The translations under genes were made by a program, and so were the position numbers. From positions 17,884-81,883 of the forward strand of contig JAUNGM010000020.1 in the NCBI GenBank assembly GCA_030524545.1: a DNA stretch of 64,000 nt, in the 5' to 3' direction. Of this stretch, positions 44,801-53,584 are shown one piece after another; the stretch's first letter is position 1; each line of letters starts with the position of its first letter. This DNA comes from Eubacteriales bacterium (GTDB lineage: Bacteria > Bacillota > Clostridia > Lachnospirales > Lachnospiraceae). Under the pieces are notes generated by a model. The model did not search any database. It was not told the origin of the DNA and saw only the letters and a list, made by a program, of their open reading frames with translations.

Positions 44801-46456
44801 ATGGAAGATAAAAAGATAAATTCAGAGAATGGGATGCAGGAATTTCCGGATCTGAATGATGATACTCCCATTCCTCTTACGGAAGAAGAGGAGAAGGCAA
44901 TTGAGCTATGGAAAGAGAAGCGCCGCAAGGTTGCAAGGAAGCGCCGCAGGAAGCTGATATGGCATGTGGCATTTACCACAATATTGACAGCGGCCGTGTT
45001 TGTATGCGGTATTTTATATGCGACGGGCAGACTGCCGGAAATCCAAAAGGAGGATGTCAGCCGCCGCCTTACAGGCATATGGGATAAAGTAGTTTCCATG
45101 CTTCCTGAAAAAAGCCCGGAGAGTGAAACGGAAGTTCCGGATGCCGAGGAAAAGCCGGATACTGAGAAAACACCGGATACGGAAGAAAAGACGGATGCTG
45201 AAAAGGCAAAGGAAGAAGAGCTCGCACGGGCAGAGGCTCAGAAACAGAAAGAGGAGCAGGAAGAACAAAAGAAGAGAAACAAAATTCTGAAAAAAGCGGA
45301 AAAGCTTGCTGCACAGTATGATTATGATAAGGCAATTAAAACGATAAAGAGTTATGAAAATTACAGTTCCTATAAGAGTATGCGCAGTGCAATAAAGAGC
45401 TATAAGGAAACAAAAGAGAGCTGTGTAGCCTGGCCGCTGGAGGAAGTGACCCATGTTTTTTACCATACACTGATCAGAGATACGGGCAAAGCCTTTGACG
45501 GCGATTATAAAGAAGGCAATTATAATCAGGTTATGACTACCATTGACGAATTTAACAAGATCACACAGACTATGTATGATAAGGGATATGTCATGGTAAG
45601 CATCTATGATATGGCAACTGTGAATGAGGACGGTTCCATGAGTCCGGGAGAGATTCTTCTTCCGCCCGGTAAAATCCCGTTTATTCTTTCTCAGGATGAC
45701 GTATGTTATTATCACTACATGGACGGCGATGGATTTGCAACAAAGCTCATTGTAGATGAGGATGGAAAGATCCGCAATGAATATGTGGAGGATGACGGAA
45801 GCATTTCTGTCGGGGATTATGATGTGGTGCCGCTGATCGATCGTTTTGTGGAGGAGCATCCTGATTTTTCCTACAGAGGAGCCAAGGGAATTGTTGCCCT
45901 GACAGGCTATGACGGAATATTGGGGTACCGGACAGATATCCAGTATAAGACGAAGGAAGCCCTTCAGGACGACCAGAAGAAATTTCTGGAGGAGCATCCG
46001 GATTTTGACTTTGAGAAGGAACTGGAGCAGGCCAGGGAGGTGGCGGAAGCCCTGAAGGCCGAAGGCTGGACTTTTGCAAGTCATACCTGGGGGCATCAGA
46101 ACGTAGGAGAGATCAGCATGGAGAAGCTGCAGACAGATACACAGAAATTTAAGGAAAATGTAGATCCGCTGATTGGCGGAACGGATATCATCATTTTTGC
46201 CTTTGGTGCGGATCTTTCGCAGATTGATGACTATTCCGGAGAAAAGTTCGAATATCTGAAGAGTTCCGGCTATAATTATTACTGTAACGTGGATTCCAGC
46301 AAATATTTTGTTCAGATCCGTGACAGATATTTCAGGATGGGAAGAAGAAATCTGGATGGTTACAGAATGTATTATAATCCGGAGCTTGTAGAAGATTTGT
46401 TTGACGCTTCAGAAGTCTTTGATAAGAGCAGGCCGACACCTGTACCGCCCATGTAA
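44801..46456 (+). CDS. Polysaccharide deacetylase-like (NodB-fold) protein, TM-anchored, with a K/E-rich linker
   Basis: SQDDV and SHTWGH motifs match NodB motifs 1 and 2. TM segment LIWHVAFTTILTAAVFVCGILYA. Confidence 0.7.
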   Translation: MEDKKINSENGMQEFPDLNDDTPIPLTEEEEKAIELWKEKRRKVARKRRRKLIWHVAFTTILTAAVFVCGILYATGRLPEIQKEDVSRRLTGIWDKVVSMLPEKSPESETEVPDAEEKPDTEKTPDTEEKTDAEKAKEEELARAEAQKQKEEQEEQKKRNKILKKAEKLAAQYDYDKAIKTIKSYENYSSYKSMRSAIKSYKETKESCVAWPLEEVTHVFYHTLIRDTGKAFDGDYKEGNYNQVMTTIDEFNKITQTMYDKGYVMVSIYDMATVNEDGSMSPGEILLPPGKIPFILSQDDVCYYHYMDGDGFATKLIVDEDGKIRNEYVEDDGSISVGDYDVVPLIDRFVEEHPDFSYRGAKGIVALTGYDGILGYRTDIQYKTKEALQDDQKKFLEEHPDFDFEKELEQAREVAEALKAEGWTFASHTWGHQNVGEISMEKLQTDTQKFKENVDPLIGGTDIIIFAFGADLSQIDDYSGEKFEYLKSSGYNYYCNVDSSKYFVQIRDRYFRMGRRNLDGYRMYYNPELVEDLFDASEVFDKSRPTPVPPM

Positions 46457-46541
46457 AGAAAGGGGGTTACGATTCTCCGTTATAGACAGGAGAAATGGCC
46501 GTACAGCCGTCTGCCGGAGAGCAGAAAGGAGAAATTGAATA

Positions 46542-47747
46542 ATGAAAAAAGCTGCTGCGATGCTTACCGCGGCTTTCAGTCTTGTGATACTGGGAGGATG
46601 CGGGCAGATTCCGAAGGAGGACGGGCCGTCTTTTACGGAATACGGGCAGGTTACAGTGACACCAAAGACAGAGCCGGCCTCAGTGTCGGAAGTTACATCA
46701 GAACTGGTGGAGTATCCGCTGGAGCAGATTACGCACATTTTTTTTCATACATTGATTTACGATACCTCGAAGGCTTTTGACGGAGGATACAAAGAAGATA
46801 ATTACAATCAGGTTATGACAACAGTCAGTGAGTTTCATAAAATCATACAGACCTTGTATGAAAAGGGGTATGTAATGGTAAGCCCCCACGATCTGGCAAC
46901 GGTGAATGATGACGGTACCATAAGCCGGGGCAGGATCATGCTGCCGCCGGGCAAAACTCCGTTTGTGCTTTCTCAGGATGATGTCAGCTATTATCATTAT
47001 ATGTCAGGAGACGGATTTGCAGATAAGCTGGTTCTTGACGAAAACGGGGAAGTAAAGTGCCAGTATACGCAGGATGATGGAAGTGTATCCATAGGGAATT
47101 ATGACATGGTTCCCCTGATTGATGCCTTTGTAGAGGAACATCCTGATTTTTCCTACAATGGAAGAAAGGGGGTGCTGGCAATGACAGGCTACGATGGGGT
47201 GCTTGGATACCGGACGGATATTGCCTATAAAACAGGAGAGAATCTTCAGGATGACCAGAAGAAATTTCTGGAGGAACATCCCGATTTTGATTACGAGAAA
47301 GAAGTAGAAGAGGCCAAACGGGTGGCAGATGCCATGAAAGCTTCGGGATGGGAATTTGCAAGCCATACCTGGGGACATAAAAATGCCGCGGAGTCTTCCC
47401 TGGAAGAATTACAGGCAGATAATGAGAAATGGGAAGCCTATGTGGCTCCGATTCTGGGCAGAACGGACATGATCATTTTTGCCTTCGGCGCAGATATCGG
47501 TGACTGGCAGGAATACACCATGGATAATTCCAAGTTTGCATATTACAAAAGCAGGGGTTATAATTACTATTGTAATGTAGATTCCAGCAGATACTGGGTG
47601 CAGATCACAGACCTGTATTTCCGGCAGGGGAGACGAAATCTGGATGGCTACAGGATGTACTATGATTCGGAAATGCTGAGCGATTTATTTGATGTTTCCG
47701 CTGTATGGGATGATTCCAGACCGGTACCTGTAGCGCCGATGAGTTAA
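46542..47747 (+). CDS. Polysaccharide deacetylase-like lipoprotein, paralog of the upstream gene
   Basis: Lipobox VILGGC. Collinear similarity to 44801-46456 across about 350 aa. Confidence 0.7.
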   Translation: MKKAAAMLTAAFSLVILGGCGQIPKEDGPSFTEYGQVTVTPKTEPASVSEVTSELVEYPLEQITHIFFHTLIYDTSKAFDGGYKEDNYNQVMTTVSEFHKIIQTLYEKGYVMVSPHDLATVNDDGTISRGRIMLPPGKTPFVLSQDDVSYYHYMSGDGFADKLVLDENGEVKCQYTQDDGSVSIGNYDMVPLIDAFVEEHPDFSYNGRKGVLAMTGYDGVLGYRTDIAYKTGENLQDDQKKFLEEHPDFDYEKEVEEAKRVADAMKASGWEFASHTWGHKNAAESSLEELQADNEKWEAYVAPILGRTDMIIFAFGADIGDWQEYTMDNSKFAYYKSRGYNYYCNVDSSRYWVQITDLYFRQGRRNLDGYRMYYDSEMLSDLFDVSAVWDDSRPVPVAPMS

Positions 47748-47768
47748 AGGATCAGAAAATGACCGGAA

Positions 47769-47802
47769 CTGTTCAGCAGATATTTATGAAAGCACTGAAC
47801 AG
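47769..47802. repeat. Short hairpin CTGTTCAG / CTGAACAG, sharing its ends with the 43.8-kb MITE-like element
   Basis: AACTGTTCAGCAGATA here versus AACTATTCAGCAGGTA at 43761. Confidence 0.5.
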
Positions 47803-47835
47803 AGAAAATCTATTGATATTTGAAGGGAGCATATT

Positions 47836-49140
47836 ATGAAGAAAAAAGCATTTCTCGCAGTATTGGCAATTTGTGTGGCTTTAAGCACAGGAGCATGCGG
47901 CGGGGATAAAAAAGAAACTGATACAGCAAAAACAGAGACAACTGCTGAAACAGATACAGAGAAGGAGTCCGGGGAAACAGAGACAGAAGAAGAAACAAAA
48001 GAAGAAAAAACGGAAGAAAAGAAATCTTCAGGGGGAACCCGTCTTGTTTCCGTAAAAGATATTGACAAATATATCACCATTGGAGAATATAAAGGCCTTG
48101 CACTGGAAAATACAGTGGATCTGATTTCGGATGAAGATGTGGAAGCACAGGTAGAATACGAGATGCAGAGCAAGGCGGAAGAAGTCACGGATAAAAATGG
48201 CACCGTTCAGACAGGTGACCTGGTTACGATAGACTTTGTGGGAACAAAAGACGGAGAGGCTTTTGACGGAGGAACTGCCAATAATTATGACCTGACAATT
48301 GGAGAAGGCGGAATGATCGATGGTTTTGAGGATGGGATCATCGGAATGAAGAAGGGCGAGACAAAGGAACTGCCGTTGACCTTCCCGGAGGATTATTTCT
48401 CTGAAGAAATGGCAGGCCAGGATGTTGTATTTAAGATTACTCTGCAGAATTTCCGCCGTGTGCCGGAGCTGACAGATGAGTGGACAGCGAAGAATACGGA
48501 CTTTGCCACTGTGGAAGAGTATAAGCAGAACTGCCGTAAAGAGCTTGAGGACAATGCAAAAGAATCCGCTAAATATCAGATGTACAGCAATGCCTGGAAT
48601 ATGGTTCTGGAATCCTCCGAGATCATTGAATTCCCGGAAGAAGAAATCGACAACTGCATTGCGGAGTTTAAAAGACAGATAGAGGTTTATGCAAAACAGG
48701 CAGATATGGAGCTGTCGGATTTTGTCGTAAGCCAGGGATATACGGAAGAAAGCTTCGAGGATGAATGCCGCCAGTATGCGGAGTATAAAGTAAAGCAGAA
48801 CCTGATCGTTCAGGGAATTATGGATGCAGAGGGACTTAGCCTGGACGATAAGGAGTGTCTGGAAATTCAGGATCAGCTTATCGAAATCTATGGTGTGAAA
48901 GACCTTGCAGATCTGATCGACCAGTATGGGCAGGTGAATGTGGATGAATCAATCGGCCTGCTGAGAGTAGAGCAGTTTATTGCTGATCAGGCAGAAGTTA
49001 CAGAACAGGTTGCTGACGGCGATCAGGTTGGGGTGAATGGAGATGCGGAAGATACCTCCGTAGATGAAGGTGCTGAGGATGAAGAAATCCCTGTAGAAGA
49101 GGAAGTTGTGGAAGATCCTGCTGAGGAAGAAGCAGAATAA
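47836..49140 (+). CDS. Trigger-factor-like lipoprotein (FKBP PPIase plus TF C-terminal domain, no ribosome-binding domain)
   Basis: Lipobox LSTGAC. FKBP block GDLVTIDFVGTKDGEAFDGGTANNYDLTIGEGGMIDGFEDGIIGMKKGE. TF-type C-terminal helical domain. Acidic tail. Confidence 0.75.
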   Translation: MKKKAFLAVLAICVALSTGACGGDKKETDTAKTETTAETDTEKESGETETEEETKEEKTEEKKSSGGTRLVSVKDIDKYITIGEYKGLALENTVDLISDEDVEAQVEYEMQSKAEEVTDKNGTVQTGDLVTIDFVGTKDGEAFDGGTANNYDLTIGEGGMIDGFEDGIIGMKKGETKELPLTFPEDYFSEEMAGQDVVFKITLQNFRRVPELTDEWTAKNTDFATVEEYKQNCRKELEDNAKESAKYQMYSNAWNMVLESSEIIEFPEEEIDNCIAEFKRQIEVYAKQADMELSDFVVSQGYTEESFEDECRQYAEYKVKQNLIVQGIMDAEGLSLDDKECLEIQDQLIEIYGVKDLADLIDQYGQVNVDESIGLLRVEQFIADQAEVTEQVADGDQVGVNGDAEDTSVDEGAEDEEIPVEEEVVEDPAEEEAE

Positions 49141-49200
49141 ACGGAAAAAGACGGATGGAGCCGATGAAGACGGGACATCCGAGAAGGGAGCGTATGAGCC

Positions 49201-50304
49201 ATGATAATAAGAAACGGAGCAGTATTTAAAGAGGACGGAACTTTCAGACAGGAAGATCTTTATGTGGAAGGCCATAGGATTGTGGCTTCCGAAGAAGAAG
49301 TAACAGACAGGACAGAGGTGGATGCCAAAGGACTTCTGGTAATTCCGGGACTTGTGGATATCCACAGCCATGGTGCGTTTGGCCATGATTTTTCGGATGC
49401 GGATACGGAGGGACTGAAGACAATCCTGAAGTATGAGAGAAGCTGCGGCATCACGTCCTATTGCCCTACTTCCATGACACTTCCGGGAGAGCAGCTGAAA
49501 GAAATTTTTGCCACGGCAGTTGAGGCTGCAGGTACGGAAGGCGGAGCAGTTATCAGAGGAATCAACATGGAAGGCCCATTTCTGGATGTAAAGAAAAAGG
49601 GAGCACATGTGGAAGGCTATATCCGTAAACCGGATGCGGAGTTTTTCCGGGAGCTGAATGCTGCTTCCGGAAATATGGTGAAGCTGGTAACCCTTGCCCC
49701 GAATACGGAAGGGGCGATGGATTTCATTGATGCGGTCCACGATGAGGTCTGCATTTCTCTGGGACATACGGGAGCTGATTATGAAACTGCATATCAGGCA
49801 ATGAAAAGAGGCGCGCATCATGTGACACATCTTTACAATGCCATGATGCCGCTTGGCCATCGTGACCCGGGGCTTATAGGTGCTGCAAGTGACGATCCCT
49901 TCTGTATGGTGGAGCTGATCAGTGACGGGCTTCATATCCATCCGTCCGTAGTGCGTGCAACCTTCCGCATGTTTGGGAGCGAAAGAGTGGTTCTGATCAG
50001 TGATTCCATGATGGCTACCGGTATGGCGAACGGACAGTATGAGCTGGGCGGACAGGCCGTGACCGTGAAGGACAGAAAGGCAACTCTGGCTGACGGTACC
50101 ATTGCCGGTTCTGCAACGAATCTCTATGACTGCATGTGCAAAGCGATATCCTTCGGTGTGCCTGTCAGCGAAGCCATTTTTGCGGCAACAAGGAATCCCG
50201 CCAGAAGTATCGGTATCTATGACAAAGTCGGGTCTCTTACCCCGGGCAAGGAGGCAGATATCCTTCTTGTAACGCCGGAGATGGAATTAAAAACCGTACT
50301 TTAA
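49201..50304 (+). CDS. nagA: N-acetylglucosamine-6-phosphate deacetylase
   Basis: DIHSHG metal-binding motif, amidohydrolase fold length, HLYNAM. Confidence 0.9.
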   Translation: MIIRNGAVFKEDGTFRQEDLYVEGHRIVASEEEVTDRTEVDAKGLLVIPGLVDIHSHGAFGHDFSDADTEGLKTILKYERSCGITSYCPTSMTLPGEQLKEIFATAVEAAGTEGGAVIRGINMEGPFLDVKKKGAHVEGYIRKPDAEFFRELNAASGNMVKLVTLAPNTEGAMDFIDAVHDEVCISLGHTGADYETAYQAMKRGAHHVTHLYNAMMPLGHRDPGLIGAASDDPFCMVELISDGLHIHPSVVRATFRMFGSERVVLISDSMMATGMANGQYELGGQAVTVKDRKATLADGTIAGSATNLYDCMCKAISFGVPVSEAIFAATRNPARSIGIYDKVGSLTPGKEADILLVTPEMELKTVL

Positions 50305-50522
50305 GATGCACCTGAATCCTGTGGTAATATCATGTGGAAAATATGGCTGAAGTGAACAAAAAGAGCATTGTATTTCCATAATAAATGAGTTATGATAGAA
50401 CTGAAAAACAAAAATATACTGTTTTGGTATAAATTACATCAGGCGTACTTCCAAGGGATGTCTGCGGTGTGCTGCGCCAGATAGTGGGATACCTGATAAG
50501 GTACAATGAGTGGAGATACAGG

Positions 50523-51824
50523 ATGGATAGAAAGGTTTACAAAGAGAGAATGCGCAGGAAGCAGCGCCAGCTTCGTATGCGCAGGTATATGCGCCTTGGC
50601 ACATATGCAGTGGGAATTGTCCTCGTTATGGTTTTTGTGATTCGCGGAGTGATCCTGCCGATCGTACATAGTCTTGGAGGAAACGAACCGAATGAGACAG
50701 TAGAGGTTCAGGCGCAGACCGCAGAAGCAGATCCTAATGCTGCCATACGGCAGCCGCTGAAAGGGCAGGGAGATCTGACGAAGACGTCGGAGTTAACTCC
50801 CGGATGGCACGAGGATGAGAATGGCAGATGGTATCAGAATGCGGATCATACATATTATGCCGGCGGCTTTCAGGAAATTGACGGTGTAACTTATTGTTTC
50901 AGTGATAATGGATATGTGCAGACCGGATGGGTATCCAAAGGAGTTAAGGACTATTATTTTAATGAAGATGGTTCTTACAATCCGGAGAAAAGACGGTCAA
51001 TGATCGCAATGACATTTGATGACGGGCCCGGGCAGTATACGGATACACTTCTGGATATTCTGGAAGAGAACAATGCCCGTGCAACGTTCTTTATGCTTGG
51101 CCAGAATGTAGGATATTATCAGGATACGGTGAAGCGTATGGCAGATATGGGCTGCGAGATCGGCAGCCATTCCTGGGATCATCCGAATCTGTATAATTTG
51201 AGCCTGGAGGATGTTGCCAAGCAGTTTTCAGATACGGATAATGCACTGATTGAAGCCTGCGGACAGGCTGCAACAGTAGCGCGTGCCCCTTATGGAAATG
51301 AGTCAGAGGATATTATTAATACCGTGGGCAAACCATTCTTTATGTGGAGTCTGGATTCTCTTGACTGGTCCTACAAGGATGTAGATCTGGATTATCAGTC
51401 TATTATGGTAGATAACAGCAGCTCACTTTCAGACGGAACGATTATTCTGATGCATGATATTCATGAAGCTTCGGTAGAGGCATGTAAGAGAATCATTCCG
51501 GATCTGATCGCACAGGGATATAAACTTGTAACTGTCAGCGAACTGGCAGAGGCGAAGAATGTGTCACTGCAGTATGCATCCTACAACAATTTCTGGGATA
51601 GTTATCTGGAAGGCCTGCCGGGGTATCAGGGCAGTGATGACAGTGGATTATCCGGTAGCGAAAGTACAGAAGGAGAGGATTCCGGTGACGGGATCAGTGA
51701 TGGAACAGAGGACTCTGGTGACGAGATCAGTGACGGAACAGAGGATTCCGATGAGGATATCTCTGACGGCAGTGATTACGGTGACAGTTTCGAAGACGGG
51801 GCTGAGTACAGTGACGGCGAATAG
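50523..51824 (+). CDS. Peptidoglycan/polysaccharide deacetylase (NodB domain) with an N-terminal anchor, a cell-wall-binding-repeat-like segment and an acidic repeat tail
   Basis: MTFDDGP, HSWDHP and LMHD motifs. A GW/Y-rich repeat sits before the catalytic domain. Confidence 0.85.
   Translation: MDRKVYKERMRRKQRQLRMRRYMRLGTYAVGIVLVMVFVIRGVILPIVHSLGGNEPNETVEVQAQTAEADPNAAIRQPLKGQGDLTKTSELTPGWHEDENGRWYQNADHTYYAGGFQEIDGVTYCFSDNGYVQTGWVSKGVKDYYFNEDGSYNPEKRRSMIAMTFDDGPGQYTDTLLDILEENNARATFFMLGQNVGYYQDTVKRMADMGCEIGSHSWDHPNLYNLSLEDVAKQFSDTDNALIEACGQAATVARAPYGNESEDIINTVGKPFFMWSLDSLDWSYKDVDLDYQSIMVDNSSSLSDGTIILMHDIHEASVEACKRIIPDLIAQGYKLVTVSELAEAKNVSLQYASYNNFWDSYLEGLPGYQGSDDSGLSGSESTEGEDSGDGISDGTEDSGDEISDGTEDSDEDISDGSDYGDSFEDGAEYSDGE
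51675..51773 (+). repeat. 33-bp coding tandem repeat x3 (unit EDSGD[G/E]ISDGT)
   Basis: Units at 51675-51707, 51708-51740 and 51741-51773, read directly. Confidence 0.85.
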
Positions 51825-51858
51825 TTTTAGGTAAGGGAAGCATGGAACGGAGGAAAAT

Positions 51859-53394
51859 ATGAGAAGGAAAAAGAGACATATTTTATGGATGGCGCTTTTC
51901 GCGCTGCTGATCGCACTGCCGGCCATTTCTTTTACAGGAATGTCAAAAGTACAGGCAGCAGCAAAGCTTGCAGAACCATCGTTAAAAGAAGCTACAGCTA
52001 CCAGCAAAGGTGTGCAGATTACATGGGGCAGGGTGTCAGGAGCTTCAGGCTACTATGTATATCGCAAAACAGGAAAGAGCAATTTTCAGAAAATCGGTAC
52101 GATAAAAAACTCCGCCACAGTTACTTATCTTGACAGCAAAGTAAAAAGCGGTACCACCTATCAATACACAGTCAGTGCATATAAAGGCACTGTTAAAAGC
52201 AGCTATAACAAGTCAGGGCTTAAGATAATGTATTTGAGCAGGTCTAAAGTAAGCCTGACAGCGAATGACGGCTCTGTTAAGGTAACGTGGACAGCAGTCG
52301 CCGGGGCTAAGAAATATCTGATCTACAGGAAGCTGACAGGCGGAAAGTATGTCCGGATTGCGTCACTCTCCGGTACAGCCGGGTCTTACACGGATAAAGA
52401 CGCACCGGGAGGCGGGAAGTATAATTATGCAGTGGTTGCCTATAATGGCAGTTACAGGAGTGCAACCGGGGCAAATGTCTGCACATTGCCCAAAAAGCCG
52501 GCGGCCCCGAAGCTTGGCAAGATAACGGCAGTTCAGAACGGGGTGAAGCTGACCTGGAGTCAGTCCGGCAGTCCGAACGGATATTATATATACCGAAAAA
52601 CCGGAAACGGCGCATATTCCAATATTGCAACAATAAAAGGCGGGTCTGTCCGTTCTTATACAGATAAGAAGGTTACTATCGGAAAGAAGTATACTTATAC
52701 TGTTATAGCATATGGAAAGGGCGTAAGGAGCGGATACAATAAAACCGGTATTTCTTATACGGTTCCTTACTCTATTTCAAATACAAAGTCTGCATATACA
52801 ATTGAAGCAGATGTTACCTTAAGCGGAACCGGAACCGGCTGTCATGCAAAATTGGTTGCGTGTACACCGACATCCGCTGTAAGCTTTGGAATACAGTATG
52901 ACAAATGGGCGGTTGCACCATATACCGGCAAGACCATGTTTATGGTTGAAAATGTTTATTCTAATGCAGCAGGAGGACAGCAATATATCAGAACAGGAAC
53001 TGCGGCACGGAATAAGAAATTTCATCTGATGCTTACGGTGAAAAATGATGGTACCTGTAATGTTTTTGTAAACGGATCTAAAGTTGGTAGTGTGAAAAAT
53101 CCTCAGCTTGCGAACCAGACGATCGCTCTTCGTGTGGAAGGGTCTGCAAGAAAGAACGGGGATTCCGTAAAAGCGGTTTTCAGCAATATCAAGCTGAAAG
53201 GCGACGGGGCATACAGCTCATCCAGATTATGGTACACTCATAATTTTGATACCAATGACGGAGTAAAATCAGACACAAGCAAATTCGCAAGTTCTAAATC
53301 AATTACGATTTCCGGAAAGATAAAAGGGCTTACGGCAGCACAGGACTGGGACAATGCATACGAAAAAGTATCAGGAATTATTCAGTTCTTTTAA
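51859..53394 (+). CDS. Secreted protein with three FN3-like repeats and a C-terminal domain of about 200 aa of unknown function
   Basis: Signal peptide. Three modules of about 90 aa (V.L.W..V.GA.GY.[IV]YRK......Y..I......SYTD......G..Y.Y.V.AY). Confidence 0.6.
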   Translation: MRRKKRHILWMALFALLIALPAISFTGMSKVQAAAKLAEPSLKEATATSKGVQITWGRVSGASGYYVYRKTGKSNFQKIGTIKNSATVTYLDSKVKSGTTYQYTVSAYKGTVKSSYNKSGLKIMYLSRSKVSLTANDGSVKVTWTAVAGAKKYLIYRKLTGGKYVRIASLSGTAGSYTDKDAPGGGKYNYAVVAYNGSYRSATGANVCTLPKKPAAPKLGKITAVQNGVKLTWSQSGSPNGYYIYRKTGNGAYSNIATIKGGSVRSYTDKKVTIGKKYTYTVIAYGKGVRSGYNKTGISYTVPYSISNTKSAYTIEADVTLSGTGTGCHAKLVACTPTSAVSFGIQYDKWAVAPYTGKTMFMVENVYSNAAGGQQYIRTGTAARNKKFHLMLTVKNDGTCNVFVNGSKVGSVKNPQLANQTIALRVEGSARKNGDSVKAVFSNIKLKGDGAYSSSRLWYTHNFDTNDGVKSDTSKFASSKSITISGKIKGLTAAQDWDNAYEKVSGIIQFF

Positions 53395-53414
53395 GTAAAT
53401 AATAGTAAAGACGG

Positions 53415-53455
53415 GAAACGGTGTACTGGCAAATGGAAGTACACCGTTTCTTTAT
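53415..53455 (+). terminator. Rho-independent terminator
   Basis: GAAACGGTGTACT / AGTACACCGTTTC 13-bp stem followed by TTTAT. Confidence 0.8.
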
Positions 53456-53584
53456 GAGAAAAGCCAGACTAATAGTGAGCTTTGGTAAAGTTTATAAGCC
53501 TTTTAATTGACGAAAACTGTGCATATTGGTATAATAAAAGAAATATTGAGGCTGAAAGTTGGTCGTATTTGACAACATAAGTTT

